Shown here piece after piece: positions 1 through 11,849 of a stretch of DNA of 64,000 nucleotides. Origin of the DNA: Rotaria socialis (Eukaryota); NCBI GenBank assembly GCA_905331295.1, contig CAJNYD010000529.1, forward strand, positions 1 through 64,000, read 5' to 3'. The notes below the pieces were generated by a model. It did no database searches. It was given only the letters and a program-made list of their open reading frames with translations, and was not told the origin of the DNA. The translations under genes and the position numbers were made by a program. Positions within the stretch are counted from its first letter, which is position 1, and every line of letters starts with the position of its first letter.

Positions 1-2847
1 TTTAAAAAATCTTTTACACATGAGTTTGTAGAGAATTGAATGCTAAATCTTTTGGGAAAATGTTCAGTTCAAATCAATGAAGAGCAAAAACGATATTGAG
101 TAAATAATGAGACCACCATTCTTTATGGGCCACCCGTTACTTGTATGAAATCAACTGCTTATTTTCGAGTGGGCGCCGCCGACTCTGCCCATACAGTAGA
201 TAAATCACTATGTCAAACCAAATCTAGACGAGTCTTCGTCGTATATTTTCAGTATTGGAGTACTTTCTTCAATAGCACATTGATTGAGATTCTGCTCGAA
301 TTTCAGAATTTGAATTTCATCAGGTTCTTGTGGATGAGAATGGCCCACTTTAACTTTGACTGAAATATCATTTGTATCCGTATATAAAAACACTGCACAG
401 ATTGGGTCGGCACATCCGTAGTATTTTGTTAAATTTGTTATTTTATTCAATTTATATATGAAATTGCCTTTTATCAGAAATGGCTCTCCTTTTCTGAAAA
501 AATAAAATATACTTTATTCTAACGGGAACTCATTTAAAATAAAGCCAATCGGCTAATGTTTGCGTTTTCTCCTTTTTATGCAATCAGAAGTTACTGATAA
601 TTATCTATTGCGTTATCATATATGTATACTGTTTGTTTCAAAAATGAATATAAATATCAAAACCAGTCAACCACAACAATTCATAGGTTTGCGCTCAGGC
701 GACCTCTTCCACTTCTATTTTTCGCATTCAATATTTTTCATTTTCGATTATTTTCTCTTGGGCATTTTGTGTTCATTCTTTTTCTTTTCGACAATTTTCT
801 TTTCAATGTTTCCGTACGCTTTCTTCCGATATTTTCCCATACATTCATATAATTCTCACTTTCGTCTTGTTTTTCGAGAAATACTATGAATTGTCTAATC
901 TTCTAAAATATTCAGTTAAATTGAATAATGAATCATAGAAAAAAATATCAATCTATGGATCGTCTTATCCATAAAATCTTCCAAAGTTCATGATGCAAGT
1001 TTCATTAATTTCGGCATGAAAAAATCCGAAAATCTGATTAGAATCTTATTTTGAAGTACACTTACTACGTGAAATCATGCTGAACTGGATTTCATTAAAG
1101 AAGTATAAGTTTTTTTTCTCCGCTGCAACCATAATTTTTATCCACTATTCTCGCTCATCCTTTACTGTGGCTGTGTGGAATCCTTCTCACTGGAGCATAT
1201 ATTTGAAAATACAAATTTCCAAGCAATAAATGCAAGGTAGATGAAACAGAAATAATACAGAGAGCGTTGGCATGCTGCAAAAGTAGGACACAAATCATTG
1301 TGTATGTGTGTGAGTCTAGAGAAGTGACACCCACACCGACGCCTCAAAATGTAGACATCCTACTCAATTTTTTGAAATATTATTTCACGTAAAGAGAAAG
1401 ATAAGATAACGGATTCATTTTCTTGAGTTTTTCGAAGCTTTCTGAAACAAATTACTAGTTCTGTGGATCTATTCGAATAAGTTGTCATAATATTCAATGT
1501 TTTAGAAACTTTTTTGCTGGATCTCAGAAATACGTTGTTGGCTACATATTGGGTATTGACAATTTTTTATTATTTTCGACTTAGTTCAGCTATATTTCAT
1601 ACTGAGTAAGTCAAAATGATTGCAGTACCTAGTGTATTGAAAAATATCTCAACACGGATAAATCTAATAAACTTTATACTTTCCTTTCTGCAGACGGATG
1701 TGAAAATGAGTACAAAAATAATAATCAGAAAGTCTATTGAGTTAGTTTCATAAGTTCTTTTTTATAGGACTAACAATACGACATTCTGTGACGGATAAAT
1801 GTCCCATCACTCTGAAGGAGAACAAGAAGAAATGTATCCTTGCCAATCGACTGCCATTAAGTATAGGGCGTTGTCCGGATACAGTTTCGAAAGTCCGACA
1901 GTTTTTTCTAAAACTATTACTGGTTTCAGGTCTGGGCCACAAACTAGCCTGATTTAGAGTTCTTCTGCTGAATCGCTTGAGCTCTCCATACACATCGACT
2001 AACCATATACCAACTAAAAGGGTCGGTATATATCATTACTAAGAAGTAGTACGAATTCCATCATATATGTAGTAAAAAATAGTGAAAAATTGTATGACGC
2101 TGTCGTATCGAAATATAAGCAAAATAATCGATACAAGTTTCATTGTTTTTTTCAGAATCATAGGAAATGTCATCACCACACAGTGTTTCGTTGTGAGCCT
2201 TATAATAAAACCTATTAAAACAGACTTAAGAGGGCCCTTCCCTAACAAAAGTCGATTTTATAAGAAAAATGAAATGAAGTTTTCGGTATACAAAGATGCA
2301 CACGACTCTTCTTTACCCAAATATATATATATATATACGGTTTTTAGAAAAATTCAGGTTTAATAATAATGCTTTCGAAATCATTTCTTTAACCTACTGC
2401 GTCAGCTTTAAGCTGATCTATACATTGTATTTTCGCGTTTCTCTAAAAATACGACATTCGATCAACAAAACGGAAACTCCTCTCATTCAATTTGAGACTA
2501 TCTAATTATTTTGCTTTAAAGCTTTAAGTGTGAGTTAACTTTTTACCGAACAAACTTTCTATAATTGATCCTACGTTGAGAAATCAGAGGTTTTATGTTA
2601 CGTTTTTTTGGATTATTTTGACGTCATGAATAGTAGAATGATTATAAAAATTTAATGGAAAGAATTTCAAAATTCTGTTTGATAGAAGGTTAGATGCTGC
2701 ACTGATAAAACAATCCGGGTAATGATCTATCTCTATACTTAAAAAAGTCGCCATTAAACCCTTGAAGGGTTTATTCCAATGTGATGAACCCTTTTAGCGT
2801 TTATTAGTCGAAGGGTTTATGACTCTATGAGTTTATGAAAACTCAAG

Positions 2848-3240
2848 GGGTATATGATGGGTACATAAGGATTCATTATTCTACGATTTTAAGATAAGAG
2901 TATATCCTTCAACGGATGATCGTAGATTGTTGTTCGCTTTCAAGGTAGAGGTATTTTATTCTTGGTTATCAGGTTTACTATTTTACTTTCTCGTTGAAAG
3001 GGTACATCACTCTGCCTTTCTGGGTAGAGTGAGCTATCCTTCTNTGGTATATGATGGGTACATAAGGATTCATTATTCTACGATTTTAAGATAAGAGTAT
3101 ATCCTTCAACGGATGATCGTAGATTGTTATTCGCTTTCAAGGTAGAGGTATTTTATTCTTGGTTATCAGGTTTACTATTTTACTTTCTCGTTGAAAGGGT
3201 ACATCACTCTGCCTTTCTGGGTAGAGTAAGCTATCTTTCT
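2848..3240. repeat. ~197-bp near-identical tandem duplication separated by a single N
   Basis: ggtatatgatgggtacataagg...gctatc occurs at ~2848 and ~3046 with an N at 3044; probably an unmerged contig overlap. Confidence 0.8.
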
Positions 3241-4270
3241 CAGAAACAGTTCGTTATTCTACGCCTAAGAGTAGATTCCGCTACCATTTCCTGCTAAGGG
3301 TTTAGTATTCCACGCTCAACAGTTGATTCATCTACATCTTAATAAAAAGGGTTTAGTACTGTACGTGGATGCTCGATTCTATGCCTCTTTATTGACAGGT
3401 TTTTTTTTTATTCTACTGACAAATATCGTCTTATCTACCTTATCATCTCAAGGGATAGTTTTATCGTCGGTCGGTAGTTGATTCTACTTCTCTTTTATTG
3501 AAAGAAGTTCATTGTTCATCGTACAGGAGTTGATATTTCCGCTCTTTCATCGAAAGGGTTTATCATTCTACATAGAGAGATCGATTGTTCTACTGTTTGA
3601 TCGGAAAGGTTTATTACTCTACGCACAGGGGTTGATTATTTTACCTTTGCGTCAAAAATGGTTTATTAGGGTGTCGGTGTGAGGGTCTGCGTCTGGTTAA
3701 TGTTATTTTATACAGTCACTCACGCGCTAACTTGATGAAAAGAAATCGTAAGATGCCCATCGCTTTTGTTTTGCACTGGTTACAACCGAAAGGAAAATAT
3801 GAATCACTCATGTGGTGAAATTGCGTTGTACATGAAACAATGTTTTGATATGCAAAAATAAGAAGTAGCGAAATTACAGTCACACTTTATTGACTCAGGT
3901 AAACATTTTATGTTAGAAAAAAAGAAAAAAAGATGTAATACCTATATATGTATATACAAAGCAATACCTCTTACAGACTGACATTAAAAAAAAGCATTTT
4001 GATATCGGCTGGTAAGTAGTCTTATTCGATCATCGATATTTTTACATTAGCGATGTGTTTGATTTTTACAATATAGCAGTGTAGATAATAATGACAGCAA
4101 AAAAGAGGAAAGATAAACATGCATTTTTTTGTGTTTAATATGAAGATATTGAAAAAACTGAAATAGAAAGTGTTGCAGAGGCCCCGCTGTAACTTGAATC
4201 AATTCGCAAAATAGAAATTTATGTTTCTATTTAACCAATCAACAACAAATTTCCTATTTTCGATTCCTCA

Positions 4271-4547
4271 CCCAGGTCGAACTTTCCGGTCCCGGAAACA
4301 GCCTGTTCTGTGCTATTCCGGAGATTTCATGGAAGCAGCATTCCGGTGAAAGGACCCGGTGACCGGGTTTATCCGGTTCCGGCCGGAATCGACAGGAACC
4401 TGTCAAAACTGGTAGCCGGATACGGTTTCCGGATTCCTGCATCGAATTCCGGACAATCCTCGGTTGGTTCCGGTCGGAAACAGAGAGTTTCTTGCAGGTT
4501 TTCGCCGGAAATTCACGGAATACTGCTTCAGGAATCATTGTCCTGGG
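4271..4547. mobile_element. GC-rich MITE with CCCAGG...CCTGGG termini (copy 1)
   Basis: Inverted termini, CCGG-rich interior contrasting with AT-rich flanks; ends match those of 24919-25227 in the opposite orientation. Confidence 0.7.
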
Positions 4548-4835
4548 AATCTGACTCTGAATCTTTTCTTTACTATTCTTTTTTTCCTATTTATACTATA
4601 CAACCCACACCCACGCACCCACACCCTCAGTGTATGATACACCCTTTTCAAGTTGTTCAGTCGTATAAACTCTATGATAAACCTTTTTATTTTGTCTTTT
4701 GATGGGTAGATAAAAGGGTTTATCTCATGCTGCTAAACGGTAGAAAAGGGTATATCATACGTTGCATTTTCATAAACGCTTTAAACGTTAATCATTCGGC
4801 CCTTTTTTTATCAGTGTGTGACTAGCTTTAATTAA

Positions 4836-6065
4836 AAACTAGATGGTATTCGAGTTTCACTCGTATACGAAATGCGGTGCGAAGCACGAGTCGAGTACAC
4901 GAAAAAATAAAAAAAATTAACGGAAATGGAACAAGCAATCTTAAACTTAATTAGACATCGTTATGGTCTGATTAGTTTCATATTCGCTTGAAATATGCAC
5001 ATTTTCCTGTCTTCAGCAGTTGTAATGAAAAACAAAAAATCATTACATTTTTTTTAGTTCTCAAGTAATCATAATAGAATTCATTGCTGAGAAAGTTTTT
5101 TTTCGTGACAATCACCATAATCCCAGAGAATGGTTTTGATTGAACATTAAATTATTTCAATGATTCACTATCTTAGATCAGATGATAAGAAATAGACTAT
5201 TCGCTAAGATTACTTGATGACGTCACTTTAATTATCTCGAAACTCTCTTATGATAAAAACCTTTCAGAGTCATCATTTTCGAATGATATTTTTAAGCGAA
5301 CGAAACTTAGTATTGAAAATTGGAAAAAAGATGTAACAAGTTCGATCTCGATACTTTCATATCTAGTTTGAATGGATTTTCTAGCATTTACGGTTCCCTA
5401 GATCATCGCGCTACTTTATTAGAACTTTTATGTGTACTCAAGTTAGAAAGAAACAAAAAACTAGATGGTATTCAAGTCTTACTCGAATACGAAATGCGAT
5501 GCGAAGCAGGAATCTCGATCCAGGAAAAATCTACAATTCAGAGAAATCTTGAATACATTTTATGTCGACATGATGAAATTCATCACTGAGAAAACTCTAT
5601 TCTTACTTAGCGATACATTTTTATAGATCGATTTCGATTGATCGATTAATTATCTCCATGATTCATTATCTTAGATCAGCTGTAAATGAATAGACTATAG
5701 TGGCTAACATATGTTCATGACGTCACTTTAATTATCTCTTGATAAATTTCTTTCATTTTCGTCATTTCGGAACCACATTTCTGTGTGAACGGAACTTCAG
5801 ATTGAAGATTAGAAAAAAGATCTCTCAAATTCGATCTTTATACTTCGATCTCACGTTTCAATGAGTTCTCTATCATTTATGGTTCTCGAGATCATTGCGA
5901 CACAAAACAACGAGATGTGCTGCGTACGCCAAGTAAGTAAACTGGATGGTATTTAAGTTTCACTCGAATACGAAATGCGATGCGAAGCTCGAATCAGATC
6001 TTCACATCGCATTAAAAAAAAACTCGCGACGGACTACATGAATGCCGTGCTTCGCACCGCATTAA
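4836..6065 (-). mobile_element. Helentron-associated non-autonomous element (HINE/DINE-1-like) with reiterated 3' ends
   Basis: Perfect 18-bp subterminal inverted repeat (aatgcggtgcgaagcacg 4871-4888 / cgtgcttcgcaccgcatt 6046-6063), hairpin at 4846-4868, minus-strand end ctagtttt. The end motif recurs at ~5457 and ~5938. Confidence 0.7.
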
Positions 6066-6888
6066 TTACTGCAAGCTCTGGGTTTCTTCTCATAGTGAAG
6101 TTATAAGGGTTCTCCGAAAGACCAGAAATGGACTGTATATTAGCTGTAAACTGGATCTACTTTGACATATCGCAGTGAAGTTTATACTTTGAGCGTTTCT
6201 TAGTACTACCACTCATCCCTGAAAATTTCAACTCAATTGAAGTGCTAATTGAAAAATTGTTTTTGAGGGTGAGGGAACTTAATAGACTTTCCTAGCACCT
6301 TTTTTGTAAAGAATTTTACTATGTATATTTTTGAAGACAAATCGAGTTTACTCGATAATTTGTGCGAAAATACTTTTACAATACTAGATGTCTCAATGCT
6401 TATGACTCACTGTAATTCTGGAAAATTTAACTCCAATAAGTAGAAAATATTCTTATGCAGACATATAAAGATGGTCTTTACAAATCAGTTGGCTAAAATT
6501 CAGTAATAGGAGAAAACCGTACAACGCTCAATTATGAAGTATTCAGCTCAGTGATACCCCTACCAGCAGTAAAAGCATTTTACAAATTTAGCCTAATGTG
6601 CTTAATAAATTTCTCAATCATTTTATATAACATCGTTCCATATCCAACGAATTCAGCTTCAAAGAAGACCCTTAAGAAATAATTTTTTATACAATTCATA
6701 ATTAGTCTCATTTGCTAGCATCAACAAAAAGTAACGAGCGAGAAAACTGTATTTCCTGTATGTTGTTTTAACTATATATTTTAATTCATTTATTTGCTTT
6801 GAAGATATCAACATCTATTATATTGTCGTCGCTACGTTGCTGTTGTAGCGCAACGCCTTTTTAAGTGTTTACATATATATATGTACAG

Positions 6889-8714
6889 ATGTCAAAGCAG
6901 AATCCGTGTTCGATATGCCAGAAAGAAGCAGGAATATGCACTTGTGCAGGATGCAAAGCCTTTTTTTGTACAAAGGACTTTTTGGAACATCGTCAGTGGC
7001 TCTTCGGAGAATTTGAAAGAGTTGTTGAGGCTAGGAATCATCTTCAGGAGTCGTTGAGCGAAAGGAGTCAAATTAAACACCTTCAGGATACTCTTTTTTC
7101 TCAAATTGATCAATGGAAAAAAACTACTATTAGAAACGTGCACTATGCAGAAGACAAGGCTCGTCATCAAGTTATTAAATTACTCAATGAAAAAATTACG
7201 GACATTGAAAATGAATTTGACAATATGACTAAGCAACTTCGTGAACTTCAAGAAAGAAAAAACTTTGTAGAAGATGATCTTACACAGCAAAAAGAAAAAA
7301 ATCGAAACTCTGGAAAAACAATTGCAACAGATCACCGAACCGCCCTCGTTAACTCTAAACGACGATCAGAATAAACAAATTGACTGGACTTCTGTCATAT
7401 ATACTGAAGACAAGCTGGCTCATTACGATAAGGTAATTTTCATCAAATTTTGGAGTAAGAAAACATATCATGATATATCAGAGTTTCGTACTAGTGATGA
7501 AAATAATGACAAACGTTGCCCTTTTCCCCACCACTTATACAAAATGCATATTTTCTAGGTGAAGGTACCATGCCCATTAGATAATACCAAGTGTTCATGG
7601 ATAGGGCTGCCTGATCAAATTAACAGCCATTTGATTACATGTTCATTTGGATCTAACCGTTCAAAACTTCTAAAACTTCAGACAGTAAATGACCAACTGA
7701 CAGAGCAAATAAAGCAACAGAAGAATCATATCGATATGAATGATTTTGAAGTACAACATCTAAGACAGGAAGTAGAACAGACGAAAATTCAAATCAATGT
7801 AAATGAAACAGAGATATCTCAGTTTAAAGAACAAACAGAGAAACAAAAGAGTCTGATTGATGTTAAGGAAACTGAGATTCGACAAGTGCGCGAACGATTG
7901 AAACAAAAAAATATTCAAATTAACGCACATGAAAATCATATTCACGAGTTGAAAGAAGAAACGAACCAACAACAAAGTAAAATCAATATCCAGCAAGTTG
8001 AGATTAAACAGCTGAAAGGGCAGTTAAAACAAAGAGAGAACCAATGTAGCATAAATGAAACACATATCAATCAATTTAAAGAACAAACAGATAAGCAAAA
8101 GAGTTCGATCGATATTAAGGAAGTCGAAATTCGCCAGGTGAAACAACAAATAAAACAAAAAAATATTCTGATTAGCACGCATGAAAGTCAGATTCAGGAA
8201 CTGCAAGAAGAAACGAAGCAAAAAACGAGCCGAATCAATACTCTGCAAGTCGAGATTAAACAATTGAAAGAGCAGGAAAAACAAACAGAAAGTCAATGCT
8301 ACAAAAATGAAGTAGATATTGATCAGTTGAGAGCAGAAACAAAGAAGCAAAATATTCAAATAAAATTGTACGAGACTGAGATTCGGCAAAAAAAAGAGCA
8401 ATCAACCAAGCATGAGACTGAAGCTAATTCAAACACAGTCGTAATTCGACAATTAAAAAACAAGTTGGAGCAACGAGAGACTGAAATCAGTTCTAATACA
8501 GTGGAAATTCAACAAATGAAAGCACGATTAGAGCAACAAAAGAATGAAATTGATTTCAACACAGCAATAGCTCGACAACTGAGAACGCAGCTGGGGCGAC
8601 GAGAGGCTGAAATCGATTCCAATTCGAATGTAATTAGACAACTAAAAATGCAACTGGAACAACGAGAGAATCAAATGAGCTCAATCAAAGCTCAGCTTAT
8701 AAAGAAAGAACACC
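6889..8714 (+). CDS. B-box-like zinc finger / coiled-coil / TRAF-type zinc finger-like / long coiled-coil protein; one frameshift; 3' end not located
   Basis: N-terminus CSICQKEAGICTCAGCKAFFCTKDFLEH. Frame changes in the A-run near 7295. Intron 7432-7558, then CPLDNTKCSWIG...HLITC and 21-aa periodic coiled-coil repeats. Splice donor gtaagt at 8715. Confidence 0.65.
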
Positions 8715-9727
8715 GTAAGTGTTTGTGTCAGCAGTGGAGCCCGGGGGTGGGGCTAGGGGTCTCAACCCCCCCCCCCAGCTAAATCTTTGAGGGATGAGTT
8801 TTGTTTTATAAAAAGATGTATAAGTCTTAGCAATTGAATATTTGAGCACTTTAGTTATTGTGTGACGCTAGTAGCTGCTTCGGAAGAGAATAAAGTACTG
8901 TAATTATAATTCCCAATCAGGTTCTGGAGGTTATAATCTCTCCCTCCAACACATAGCTAATGATTGGAAGATTTTCAGATAATATTTTGTTCATTACCAC
9001 TCACGCAGAATGCATTTCAGACGAGTCGAAAGTTATTCTATGGCTATAGTTTTGCGCTTTTTCGAAGATGGACTTATAAATGTTGTGGATATTTTTATTC
9101 AAATATAGGGAAGGATTTAGTGCACAGCGTAAAAAGTTACTTTCCATGCTGCGCTAACAATTTTTTGTTTTGAACCGTAAGCTATTTTACGAATCTGATA
9201 AGAATTGACGTAATCCGTCATTTTCTGGAGCGGATACTTCCCGAAAAAGTGGGATATTGATTTAAACTAGCTTTAAATTAATTAATTTTGCACACATTTC
9301 TTAAGAGCTCCTCTTAACGTAAAATGATTTTTGGAGAAAAGTCGATTTTTTAGAAATGAGGTTTAGGAAGAACAGTAACTGGGATGCCTGATGGAAAGCA
9401 AAAAAACTTCGTATAGCATATTTTTTAGGATACCTTCGGTTTTGCAAGTTGATTTATAGGGTAGGATACGAAGTTTTCGCTTCGAACTGGAAACCAAAAT
9501 ACAAAAATGAACGGAAAAAGTTTCTATCTTAGCCTATTGGTTTGATTTTCTGCAGGCTATTTCACTGATTACTTTCGAAGAAAAACAGAATACTAGATCA
9601 ATTTCTATAACGGAGACCAAATTTTGATAGTAACTAAAATAGTTTTGAGCTAGTCGAAATTACATTCCGTTGAGTTACAAGTGAAAAACAATTTTGCCTA
9701 ATAACTTTCTGAACACGCATTAATACA

Positions 9728-10053
9728 TTTTTGGATTAGACAAAAACACATCTTTCAAAAGTCTCTTCAGGTATGAGTAATAGTCGACAAACAGCAAAAG
9801 TCAAGTTATTAAACTTTTTCAGTTTCGGTTGATTTTTTTAATTTTTTTCTTTTTTGGGCATTAAGAACTTGCTTCAGTTTTATATAGTTTTGCTGCACTA
9901 TCAGATACAATAATAGTCAAAGTTTTTGCCACCCATCCTATTAAAAAAATCAACCGAAACTGAAAAAGTTTAATAACTTGACTTTTGCTGTTTGTCGACT
10001 ATTACTCATACCTGAAGAGACTTTTGAAAGATGTGTTTTTGTCTAATGCAAAA
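9728..10053. repeat. ~114-bp near-perfect inverted repeat with ~97-bp spacer
   Basis: 9728-9842 is the reverse complement of 9940-10053; the right arm ends at the N at 10054. Confidence 0.85.
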
Positions 10054-11849
10054 NAACTTGATTAGAGTAGCTTGTGCCACTCTCGGCAAAGATGTTTATT
10101 AGGCTACTTCAAGTTATCCAGAGTGTAACGACAAAACTAGAGAGTGTCGCCTATGCCCGTCGGCATGATGGTGTATTGTGTCATCTGACATCTCCAGAGT
10201 GTAACAACTTCATACATGACGCACGTATATATAGAAGAGAGACAGGAGAGAGATACATTAGAACAATGGAAAGAGAACAAAAAGAGAAGGAAGGAGAATC
10301 ATCGAAGCGTGCCATCAATATCGGCACAATTACCATTTACACATCATATTTATATCGTATTATTGAATTATATTAAACTCACGGTCACATACATTGTAGG
10401 AATATGTAATCAACCGCTCGTATTGAGTCCCATCTGGTATCACTGATGATACCACGAAAGTATAAACACAAACAGCTGAATACCGAAATATTTGAAGAAT
10501 ATTTTAATAGTTGAATTCAGTGTTTAAGTTTAAGATTACAAACACCAGTGCAGATATATATCCTTCTCAGCGCATCTAGCAGTCGTTTTTATCGTAGAAA
10601 ATGAAGGAATCTCATTGACTGATCTTTTCCAATATCAAGACCCCGGAGAAATAGACCAAAGACTTTGGTTCTACATTTTCAACCGCTCACCATTGTGAAC
10701 CAAATCATATTATCGACTATTTATCTAGAATTGCATGTACATTAAATCTCAGCTACACTTGCTTGCGTACAAAGTTTTAAAGTTTGTGAGCCTCACCTGT
10801 AAGAAATATTCATTTTTTTCAAAAGAGTGACATTGTTATGGTGAGCATATAGAAAAGATTATATTGTGCGGGAAGAAAGGATATTGATACAGGTCAAGAG
10901 TTTATCTAGATTGATTCTACGCGGTGTATCTGCTTTCATTTTTGTAAAATCAAGAGATCCAAGGTCAATTTTTATATATTATACTTCGGATCGTTTGAGG
11001 TTAAAAGATGACAGCAGTTAAACTGCAGAAGTCAATTGTGATAGACTTTTAAACTGTCAATATTCACTCATGTGGAACAATATTATCTCAATAATTTAAT
11101 GAAAATACAACATTTGTATTGTACTTAGCTTTTACAATTACTGAAAATCTATCTTTTGATATATTTCATGGAAGTTTAAAATGGTCCTCTGAAACGTAAA
11201 CATACATAAGTCTGATAGGGTAACCTTTGCTGTTTTTTCTCAGAAACTTATGATGCCGCTAAATTATGGTATTGATTAATTTTTCGAAAGGAGGATACTA
11301 GAAGCTAGAATTATCGGATTAGTAGTTTCATATATTAATAGTTCGAATCGACCAAAAATATCAAAATTTCAGTTTTTTTCACCGAGTGCCTGACATTGTT
11401 CGGTCACGCTCGATGATTTCATTGAAACTCTCTTCGAATTTTCAAATGGGTCAATTGTCAGGTTGCAAATCGGTAACATAGTTGAATTAAATAAATGAAG
11501 CTGTAAAAATGCTATAATATTATTAATTAGGTAGACCGGCAAAAGATATTGAGTGATATCGACTTTATTTGGTCTTCTCTATTCTTACTGAGGTCTAGTT
11601 CCAGATGACACTTCAGAATAAAGCTCGATCATCACTTGAAAATGTTCTCTCGTCAGTAGAACACAATAGAGAGCTTTTGCTATGAATATACATACTTCAC
11701 ATTAATTCTATTGAGCCTACCACACGAATTTTACTTTAAAGCAAATAAAATACTAGTGAAATTCCTAAGAAGATTATAGTGTAGAATATGGCAGCACCAA
11801 TTCAGTGTTGGAGTAAAAATTGCTTTATTATATTCTACACTGCTTGGTA

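Larger units (their letters stand above)
2700..4816. mobile_element. Putative non-autonomous CMC/EnSpm (CACTG-ended) DNA transposon
   Basis: Ends CACTGATAAAA (2700) and TTTTATCAGTG (4816) form an 11-bp inverted repeat flanked by TG on both sides (2-bp TSD). The interior has many AAGGGTTTA/AAACCCTT motifs and no transposase ORF. The TIR is short, so the left boundary is uncertain. Confidence 0.5.

Noticed and set aside
1..2500. Short ORFs and possible Tc1/mariner-like ends (gccacccgtta ~130, cccatacagta ~187)
   Set aside because: No recognisable protein motifs and no partner TIRs visible in the window.
2848..3240. 197-bp duplication as a biological event
   Set aside because: Near-identical copies joined at a single N indicate an assembly overlap; the same applies to 46199-46455.
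4254..4702. ORFs of 94 and 130 aa
   Set aside because: They overlap a GC-rich MITE that lacks stops by composition; likewise the ORFs at 12060-12440 and 24928-25277.
6104..6675. Possible Kolobok-like element (taagggttct...agacccttaa)
   Set aside because: The terminal match is very short and the flanks are not a clean TTAA duplication.
10073..10389. Possible solo LTR (TGTG...CACA)
   Set aside because: LTR-like composition, but the flanks (tagct/tacat) are not a convincing TSD and no internal domains are nearby.
10434..10460. CTGATGA...GAAA as a second hammerhead
   Set aside because: No stem II can form between the core segments; it is a short palindrome (tggtatca/tgatacca).
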